Made by a program: the position numbers and the translations under genes
Shown: one piece after another, positions 37,605 through 44,067 of the stretch
Position numbering within the stretch: the first letter of the stretch is position 1
Layout of the letters: every line of letters begins with the position of its first letter
Notes under the pieces: generated by a model
Database searches by the model: none
Seen by the model: the letters and a program-made list of their open reading frames with translations, nothing else
What the model was told of the DNA's origin: nothing
From: Clostridiaceae bacterium
GTDB taxonomy: Bacteria > Bacillota > Clostridia > CAYPLH01 > DUMO01
Length of the DNA: 44,067 nt
Assembly (NCBI GenBank): GCA_012839865.1
Contig: DUMO01000070.1
Span: 1 to 44,067, forward strand
Direction: 5' to 3'

Positions 37605-39776
37605 TTACCATACTGTATTTTCAAAATACAGGAAATCTACTTCAATTATCGTACCCTCATCCACAAAGGTGCCTGGCTCAATATTTTGCTTGTGAGCTAT
37701 GCCTACACCGTTCACCTTGATATTCAGGCCAAGGCTGTTAAGGGTTTCAGTGGCTTCACTTATAGTCTTGTTTGCAAGATCCGGAACCTGTACTTTTCTG
37801 TCTTCAGGCGGGTTGTAGGTATACACTATAACCACTGAATCTTCATACAGGCTTGCACCGGGTTTGGGAGTCTGATCCTTTACAAGGTTTCCTCCACTTC
37901 CGTCATTCTTGACAATAGCCTTCAGCTTGACACCCGACAATGCAATTTTAGCTTCTTCAACAGTCTTGTTTCTAAGGTCGGGTACTATTACAACATTCTT
38001 CATCATTTCCTGATCCTGCTCGGTATATCTGCGTTCCACACCCAGATAATTTAATGTATCTTCAATCAACTGCCCCGCTACCGGAGCTGCAATGGTACCT
38101 CCGTAATAAGAAAAGCCAGTGGGATTATCAAGAATGACAAGAACGGTTATAACCGGATTGTCTGCAGGAGCAATTGCAGCAAAAGATGCAATGTATCTGC
38201 CGGGTGTGGTGGTAACGGATGTTCCTGTTTTTCCGGCCACCCTGTAACCTTTCACGTACGCATTTTTACCGGTGCCTTCCGATACCACGCCTTCCAGTAT
38301 TTCCAGCACCGTCTCCGCTGTCTGCCTTGATATAACCTGCCTTATTACTTCAGGCTCATATCTCATCATGACATTTCCTTCATTATCAACCAATTCCTTA
38401 ACAAGATGCGGGCGAATCAGCTTGCCTCCGTTGGCTATTGCAGAATATGCCGTAATAAGCTGTATCGGGGTTATCATAAACCGTTGGCCGAAGGATGAAA
38501 CAGCCATATCAATTTCCTTCGGATTTGTATGATGGACCGGAGTGCCTTCCGGCAGTTCAATCCCGGTGTTGTCATAAAACCCGAAGGCTTTCATGTAACT
38601 ATAGAACTTGTTAAGCCCCAAATCCAAAGCCAGCTTTACAAACACCGGGTTGCAGGAATTGTATACAGCCTCATAAAAGGGCTGGGTGCCATGGGCATTT
38701 GGTTTCCAGCAGTCAATATTCCGTCCGGCAAGAGTCATGGTTCTGTCTGTGACAATAGTATTGGGAGTGATAACCCCCTCCTCAATTCCTGCTGCCGTTG
38801 TTATGGCCTTAAAGGTTGAGCCGGGCTCATAGGCCTCAGAAACTGCTTTATTTTTCCATATGGTGCTCCAAAGGGTAAGCACATCTTCATTTGTGTAGCC
38901 GCTCCAGGTTGACGGGTCCACCCCGGGAGGAGCCTCCCTTGGATTGTTTAAATCAAAATCGGGCTTTGAAACCATTGCAAGTATTTCTCCATTTCTGGGA
39001 TCCATAACAATGGCGGCAGCCCCTCCGATAACCTTGTAATCCGCTATAGCGCTTTCCAATGCCTTCTCAGCAAAGTACTGTATTGTTTCATCTATTGTAA
39101 GTATGATATTCCACCCGTCCCTGGGGGCGATATGCTTTTCTTCACTCAAAGGGATTTCCCTGTTTAGCCCGTCTACTTCGGATATTATTTTACCGGGCAC
39201 GCCTTTAAGATACTTGTCAAAAACGGCTTCTATCCCGAACATGCCCACATTGTCAGTCCTGGTGATGCCAATTACGTGAGCGGCAAGGGATCTGTTGGGA
39301 TAATATCTTTTGGAGTCTTCATCCACGTATATCCCTGTCAGGTTGTTTGAATCCCGCCACTTTCTTACCGCATCACCAACCTCTTTGTCGACTTTCTGCT
39401 TTACAAATTCAAAACCGGTGTTCCTGCTTATTATGGTTAAAACCTTGTAAGGTTCCATATCGAGGAGCTCAGCCAATTTGTTTGCAATTTCTTCCAAGGT
39501 TATACCGGTGTTTTTCAAAAGTTCCTGGGGATTTACCGAGACTGTTTCAACAGAAGCGCTGATGGCAAGTTCTTTTCCGTTTCTATCATATATCGTACCT
39601 CTTCGGGGATTAATTATCCGGCCCATGTTTTGCTGAACATAAGCTTCTTTGCGCAAAAAATCGCCCTGAATAAATTGTATGTATCCAATTCTGACCAGCA
39701 GGGCAAATATCAAAAACGAAAAAACAATCAGAACAACGAGCAGCCTTTTCTTAACAATCAAATTCACTCTGGACAA
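37605..39776 (-). CDS. spoVD: Class B PBP SpoVD/FtsI with two PASTA domains
   Basis: RGTIYDRNG, YEPGSTFK (SxxK), NSCN (SxN), AGKTGT, C-terminal PASTA repeats. Confidence 0.92.
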   Translation of the reverse strand: MSRVNLIVKKRLLVVLIVFSFLIFALLVRIGYIQFIQGDFLRKEAYVQQNMGRIINPRRGTIYDRNGKELAISASVETVSVNPQELLKNTGITLEEIANKLAELLDMEPYKVLTIISRNTGFEFVKQKVDKEVGDAVRKWRDSNNLTGIYVDEDSKRYYPNRSLAAHVIGITRTDNVGMFGIEAVFDKYLKGVPGKIISEVDGLNREIPLSEEKHIAPRDGWNIILTIDETIQYFAEKALESAIADYKVIGGAAAIVMDPRNGEILAMVSKPDFDLNNPREAPPGVDPSTWSGYTNEDVLTLWSTIWKNKAVSEAYEPGSTFKAITTAAGIEEGVITPNTIVTDRTMTLAGRNIDCWKPNAHGTQPFYEAVYNSCNPVFVKLALDLGLNKFYSYMKAFGFYDNTGIELPEGTPVHHTNPKEIDMAVSSFGQRFMITPIQLITAYSAIANGGKLIRPHLVKELVDNEGNVMMRYEPEVIRQVISRQTAETVLEILEGVVSEGTGKNAYVKGYRVAGKTGTSVTTTPGRYIASFAAIAPADNPVITVLVILDNPTGFSYYGGTIAAPVAGQLIEDTLNYLGVERRYTEQDQEMMKNVVIVPDLRNKTVEEAKIALSGVKLKAIVKNDGSGGNLVKDQTPKPGASLYEDSVVIVYTYNPPEDRKVQVPDLANKTISEATETLNSLGLNIKVNGVGIAHKQNIEPGTFVDEGTIIEVDFLYFENTVW

Positions 39777-40027
39777 AACATTAACCCCCCGATTAATAAT
39801 ACAGTATTTTTTAAAAAAAGGCCATATAAAATTAATAACCGTTCTTTATACACAAAAAAGACACCTGACTATTGCGGCTGATGTTGCAAATTAGCAATTA
39901 TGTCAAAAAACTTTGATCAGCCCTGAGTGCCTTTTACAGTTTAACCATTCTCATATCATGCTGCTTTAACTTTATATGCTGTTTTCTTTCATCCTATACC
40001 GGTATTTATCTTAAGCTCAGCTGATAC

Positions 40028-40519
40028 CTAGTACAGCCACCGAACAAGGTTTTCAAGTCTTGTCAGTAAAAAAGAGAAGAATGTATTGGTTTTCTTATTC
40101 TTTTGCTCTATATTCTCAGCCACCTGAATATAATCGTTTCTTGTAACGTTCAGCCGGACTATCTGATGTTTTTCAGGCTTGCGCATCCCCAGTTCCGTTT
40201 CAGCAATCTGACGGATTCTTTCAAGGTCCATACCTTTGGCAATTTCAACAGTTGCCCTTATATTTTCATTTTTTATATTTTCATACTCTTTATATGCCTT
40301 GTTCAGCTTGTAATTTATATCGGTTATCAGTGCATAACGGTACATTAATAAGGCAAATGCCGAAAAAACCATAAAAATACAAAATAAAATTTTAATTTTG
40401 ACTTTGGTGTTGGCACGGGCTTTACTCTTAGCTTTCAAAACTTGATTGTGTTCATACACATCATATTCAATTTTCCTGACTGAAGTACCGTCTATGTAGC
40501 TTTTCTCTGTCCTTATCAA
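40028..40519 (-). CDS. ftsL: Cell division protein FtsL
   Basis: YIDGTSVRK N-terminal motif, single TM, coiled coil, IRQIAETELGM; located between rsmH and the PBP gene; TTG start after GAGGTG. Confidence 0.8.
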   Translation of the reverse strand: MIRTEKSYIDGTSVRKIEYDVYEHNQVLKAKSKARANTKVKIKILFCIFMVFSAFALLMYRYALITDINYKLNKAYKEYENIKNENIRATVEIAKGMDLERIRQIAETELGMRKPEKHQIVRLNVTRNDYIQVAENIEQKNKKTNTFFSFLLTRLENLVRWLY

Positions 40520-40581
40520 TTGTATTCACCTCTTGAGGGTTTTATTCCACCAACAATTGACGTTGCAGAAAGACAACAAAC

Positions 40582-40621
40582 CCGAAGGCTGATAAATAAT
40601 AAGACATCCTGCAGCCTTCGG
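40582..40621 (-). other. Stem-loop upstream of ftsL (terminator/attenuator or processing site)
   Basis: Perfect 10-bp arms CCGAAGGCTG / CAGCCTTCGG with a 20-nt loop, followed by GTTTGTTGTCTTT on the minus strand. Confidence 0.5.
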
Positions 40622-40634
40622 TTGATTTGGAGAA

Positions 40635-40920
40635 TTATTTGAGCATTTTTCGTTTGTCTTTTGTTGTCTTTTCTTTTTTTGATTCTTTTTCTTTAGTACC
40701 TGCTTCTTTTTTTCCTTTGTCTTTTGTTTCTTTGATTTTTAAATTTTTTCTTTAGTTGATGTTTTTTACTTTCCCTTTTATACCGGGATTTCGCTTTTTA
40801 ACTTGTCTTTTGTAATTTGTCTTGATTTTTCTTTTGTAACTTGTAATGATTTTTTATCTTTAGGTTTTAGTTGAACTTACTTTGCCAGAATAAACTTGAA
40901 AATTTTATCTTTTGTGTATT
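40635..40920 (-). repeat. A-rich degenerate repeat tract (ACWAAAGAHAA about 8 times)
   Basis: Repeated ACAAAAGAC/ACTAAAGAA motifs and a 24-nt tandem unit (19/24 identical); no continuous ORF. Confidence 0.6.
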
Positions 40921-40956
40921 ATCCTTTTTTCATTTGTACATTAATATAAAAATGCT

Positions 40957-41898
40957 TTATATTTTTTCTATTACTCTTAACTTTGCACTTCTTGACCGCG
41001 GATTTTCCTCAACTTCAATTTCTCCCGGCGTTATAGGCTTTCTGGTAATCAATACGGCAGCCGGTTTCTTGTTGCAGATACATACCGGAAATTCGGGAGG
41101 GCATGTACACGGTTTTGCCAGTCTGCTAAACTCCTCTTTTACAATTCTGTCTTCCAGGGAGTGAAAGCTGATAATGCAAAACCGTCCGCCTTTATTCAAA
41201 ACTTCCGCTCCGTCAATGATTACCTTTTTCAGAGCCCCAAGCTCATCGTTAACTGCAATTCTTATTGCCTGAAAAGTCCTCTTTGCCGGATGAGGTCCCG
41301 TCCTTCTGGCCTGAGCCGGTATGGCTGATTTTATAATACCCGCCAGTTCTCCTGTCGTTTCAATAAGCTTTGTCTCTCTGGCCTTTACTATAAATCCTGC
41401 TATCCTGGAAGCCCATCTTTCTTCACCATAACCGCTGATTATTTTAAGCAGGTCATGATAAGAATATCCGTTTATAATATCTTTTGCAGTGATGTGCTGC
41501 CCTTTGTCCATTCTCATGTCAAGAGGTGCATCCTTCATGTAGGAAAAACCTCTTTCGCTTTCATCCAACTGATGGGACGAAACACCGATGTCAAGCAATA
41601 TCCCGTCTACACCCTTTATTCCGTTCCTGTTTAAAATGTCTTTTATATTTCTAAAATTTGAATGAACAAGTATTAATTCTGCCTGTCCGCCAACACTGCG
41701 GAGTCTGGCTTCCGCGGCCCGAAGGGCCTCCAAATCCTGATCTATGCCAAGAAGCACTCCGTTTTTATCAAGTTTTTTAAATATTTCGAGTGAGTGGCCG
41801 CCTCCACCCATTGTACCGTCAATGTAAATTCCGTCTGGTTTAATGTTGAGGCTCTCCACACATTCTTCCAGCATTACCGGCGTGTGCATAAAATCCAT
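40957..41898 (-). CDS. rsmH: 16S rRNA m4C1402 methyltransferase
   Basis: [59 protein letters not shown]. Confidence 0.98.
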   Translation of the reverse strand: MDFMHTPVMLEECVESLNIKPDGIYIDGTMGGGGHSLEIFKKLDKNGVLLGIDQDLEALRAAEARLRSVGGQAELILVHSNFRNIKDILNRNGIKGVDGILLDIGVSSHQLDESERGFSYMKDAPLDMRMDKGQHITAKDIINGYSYHDLLKIISGYGEERWASRIAGFIVKARETKLIETTGELAGIIKSAIPAQARRTGPHPAKRTFQAIRIAVNDELGALKKVIIDGAEVLNKGGRFCIISFHSLEDRIVKEEFSRLAKPCTCPPEFPVCICNKKPAAVLITRKPITPGEIEVEENPRSRSAKLRVIEKI

Positions 41899-41903
41899 TT
41901 TTC

Positions 41904-42332
41904 CTATACTCCCAACATTGCCATTTTTTCAGCAATATTTGCAGTAATCTGATTACCGCCGCTGCTTTCATCCCATTTTTTCTTATCCCAGATTTCTATT
42001 CTGGTGGAGACTCCTATAACATAGATGTCTTTGTCAAATCCTGCATAGTCTCTTAAATTTTGGGGTATTAATATTCTTCCCTGCTTGTCCATTTCACATT
42101 CAGCGGCTCCTGCAAAAAAGAACCTTACAAAAGTCCTTACATCAGCATCAGTAAATGGCAGTTGTCTGAGCTTTTCCGCAATCCTTTCAAACTCAGCCTG
42201 AGAGTACCCAAACAGACATTCATCCAGACCTTTGGTTAAAATGAACTTTTCACCAAGCTCTTCCCTGAATTTTGATGGTATGATCACCCTTCCTTTAGGA
42301 TCAAGGGTATGTTGGAACTCACCACAAAACAA
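41904..42332 (-). CDS. mraZ: Transcriptional regulator MraZ
   Basis: [33 protein letters not shown] start after GAGGTG. Confidence 0.97.
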   Translation of the reverse strand: MFCGEFQHTLDPKGRVIIPSKFREELGEKFILTKGLDECLFGYSQAEFERIAEKLRQLPFTDADVRTFVRFFFAGAAECEMDKQGRILIPQNLRDYAGFDKDIYVIGVSTRIEIWDKKKWDESSGGNQITANIAEKMAMLGV

Positions 42333-42362
42333 TCATTTCACCTCTGAGTCTGGTACTGTCCA

Positions 42363-42386
42363 CCACTTCACTCCATTTCTCACCAC
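42363..42386 (-). promoter_or_regulatory. MraZ binding repeats
   Basis: GTGG-6 nt-ATGG-6 nt-GTGG with 10-bp periodicity just downstream of the -10 element. Confidence 0.75.
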
Positions 42387-42396
42387 TTCTAAACAA

Positions 42397-42425
42397 ATTT
42401 TATACTATAAAAGTAAATTAATCAA
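42397..42425 (-). promoter_or_regulatory. SigA-type promoter of the dcw operon
   Basis: TTGATT-17 nt-TAAAAT. Confidence 0.65.
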
Positions 42426-42634
42426 GTATTTTTTTATTTTTTTATGAAAAATCTCAGAGTCTGGTTATCATTCAAAGCATTATACTCTCCGGTTAAAAGA
42501 TAACAGTGAAAATGAAACATATGGAGGACAGATCTAAAAGGGAAAACTGAAATGAAATGTGTGTAAATATAAAAGTAGAAAATAAAAAAATGAAACGTAT
42601 AAAGAACAGGGCTATTTGCGAAGCAAATCCAGCC

Positions 42635-42668
42635 AAAAGCTAGCGGGGCTCGATGCCCTCGAGCTTTT
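42635..42668 (-). terminator. Probable terminator after rodA
   Basis: AAAAGCT...AGCTTTT outer stem with a GGGC/GCCC inner stem; a second hairpin is adjacent at about 42610-42634. Confidence 0.5.
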
Positions 42669-42705
42669 CTAATAACAATTGCCTTTATTTTGTTAAAAAA
42701 CCATC

Positions 42706-43845
42706 CTATTCATCTTCAAACAGGGCTTTTTTCCTTCGCATGGATACGCTCAGAACTACTCCTATGGCAATAAAGCTGGCCAGTAGGGATGTTCCTCCCT
42801 GACTTATAAACGGCAGGGGAATTCCGGTAACAGGCAGAAGTCCTATACTCATGCCGGTATTTTCAATAAAATGAAAAGCATACATACCGCAAATTCCTGA
42901 CACTACATAGGAACCAAATTTGTCTCTTGCAGTTTTGGCGATATATAAACAACGTATAATGATAAGGGTTAACAGCAGCACAACAGCTACCGATCCGATA
43001 AAGCCCAATTCCTCACCTATTACTGAGAAAATAAAGTCTGATTCCTTGACGGGCACGCTTGCGCTTTGGGTCAGAGTACCCTGGAAAAGTCCTTGTCCGT
43101 ATAATCTGCCTGACCCGATGGCCATGATGGATCTTAAAACATTGAATGTATAGGTGGTGGATCCTGATTCCGGCTTGAAAAGGCCGATAATTCGGTTTTT
43201 CTGGTAATCCTCCAGTAAATAAAACCAACTGAGCAGAAAAACAGGAATTGAGGACAAAAATCCAATTGCAATATATTTATAAGACAAACCGGCTACATAA
43301 ACCATAATGCAGAAAATAAATATAAAAACCAAAGCTGTTCCCATATCGGGCTGAAGCAATACAAGACCTATCGGTATTGCCGCAAAAACAGCCAGCAATG
43401 CAATTGGTTTGATTTTTTCCTCAGATTCGTTTATTTTTTCAAGATAATAGGCAACTACAAACACAAATGAAATCTTGGCCAGTTCGGAGGGTTGAACGGT
43501 AATACCTGCAATGTTCAGCCAGCTCTTGCTTCCAAATTGCTCACCGGTACCGAATATTAAAACCAAAACAAGGAGCATCAGACTCCCCAGGTAAAGAATA
43601 AACGAAAAGTTTTTATAGTACTGATAATCAATGCTGCTTAAAACCAGGGCGGCAACAATGCCCAGCACCATTGCCGCCACCTGAACCATGGCCATTCTTG
43701 ACCCATCGGCTCCGTTAGGCATTACAAGACTTGCGCTTTTCACAACCACAATGCCGATTCCCGATAAAATCAAAACAGCAAAAAATAAGAAATAATCAAA
43801 ATGTTTTACAAGGTTCACACCTTGGAATTTTTCCACCGAATACAT
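42706..43845 (-). CDS. rodA: Rod shape-determining SEDS protein RodA
   Basis: QPSELAK, LLQPDMGT, YQKNRI, IGSGRLYG, VPVKESDFIF, PVTGIPLPFISQGG; GGGGG RBS. Confidence 0.9.
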   Translation of the reverse strand: MYSVEKFQGVNLVKHFDYFLFFAVLILSGIGIVVVKSASLVMPNGADGSRMAMVQVAAMVLGIVAALVLSSIDYQYYKNFSFILYLGSLMLLVLVLIFGTGEQFGSKSWLNIAGITVQPSELAKISFVFVVAYYLEKINESEEKIKPIALLAVFAAIPIGLVLLQPDMGTALVFIFIFCIMVYVAGLSYKYIAIGFLSSIPVFLLSWFYLLEDYQKNRIIGLFKPESGSTTYTFNVLRSIMAIGSGRLYGQGLFQGTLTQSASVPVKESDFIFSVIGEELGFIGSVAVVLLLTLIIIRCLYIAKTARDKFGSYVVSGICGMYAFHFIENTGMSIGLLPVTGIPLPFISQGGTSLLASFIAIGVVLSVSMRRKKALFEDE

Positions 43846-43870
43846 ATATTCCCCCTGTCAGCAAAGATTA

Positions 43871-44067
43871 TCAGGAAACTTCACTTTCATCAGCTTCTAC
43901 AGTGTTTTCAGCATTTCCTGTTTCACTTGTATCTGCTTCACCGGCATCCTCAGAGTCTCCCTTTTCACTTTCACCGGCTCCACTGATATCTTCAGAGTCC
44001 CCTGTTTCACTTGCATCTGCTTCACCGGCATCTTCAGAGTCTCCTGCTTCACTTTCACCGGCTTCAC
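43871..44067 (-). CDS. 3' end of an unidentified gene with an acidic repetitive C-terminal tail (starts outside the window)
   Basis: Open frame EAGESEAGDSEDAGEADASETGDSEDISG-AGESEKGDSEDAGEADTSETGNAENTVEADESEVS ending in TGA TAA; 84-nt repeat period. Confidence 0.75.
   Translation of the reverse strand, partial: EAGESEAGDSEDAGEADASETGDSEDISGAGESEKGDSEDAGEADTSETGNAENTVEADESEVS

Noticed and set aside
33..43986. Numerous plus-strand ORFs antisense to long minus-strand genes (e.g. 527..907, 2318..2902, 10625..11371, 21362..22075, 36113..36742)
   Set aside because: Shadow ORFs of well-supported genes, without RBS or family motifs
1..44067. CRISPR arrays, tRNA/rRNA genes, transposases, integrases, prophage genes
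   Set aside because: None recognised; the repeats found are coding low-complexity tracts, a single duplication or isolated hairpins, not regularly spaced arrays

Overview
Chromosomal housekeeping and sporulation region of a spore-forming Clostridia-class bacterium. The gene content and style suggest an Acetivibrio/Ruminiclostridium-like organism, but this is inferred. Most genes are on the minus strand. In transcription order from the right end: an acidic-tailed partial CDS, rodA, the dcw cluster (mraZ-rsmH-ftsL-spoVD-murE-murF-mraY-spoVE), then a murA copy that stops right after its catalytic Cys. A convergent MoxR/DUF58/transglutaminase operon follows, then cinA-murJ-ylmH, a cobalamin riboswitch with btuFCD, spoIIGA-sigE-sigG-ylmC-nrdR, hflKC, a broken acyltransferase-3 gene, comM-dprA-topA, a frameshifted Pro/Thr-linker surface protein, pyruvate:ferredoxin oxidoreductase and a hypothetical membrane protein. 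No tRNA, rRNA, CRISPR array, transposase or integrase was recognised. The most interesting signal is the truncated murA. It has an intact RBS, a clean 116-codon frame, a sporulation-type promoter motif and an asymmetric inverted repeat across the breakpoint that resembles a serine-recombinase hybrid att site, so it may be a split gene that is rejoined by DNA rearrangement (hypothesis). Other observations include an unannotated 47-aa membrane peptide gene, two copies of a REP-like palindrome, an RBS-occluding sigG hairpin, a 37-bp duplication of the sigE 3' end, and an A-rich repeat insert between rsmH and ftsL. All motif coordinates were read by eye; no searches or folding programs were run.
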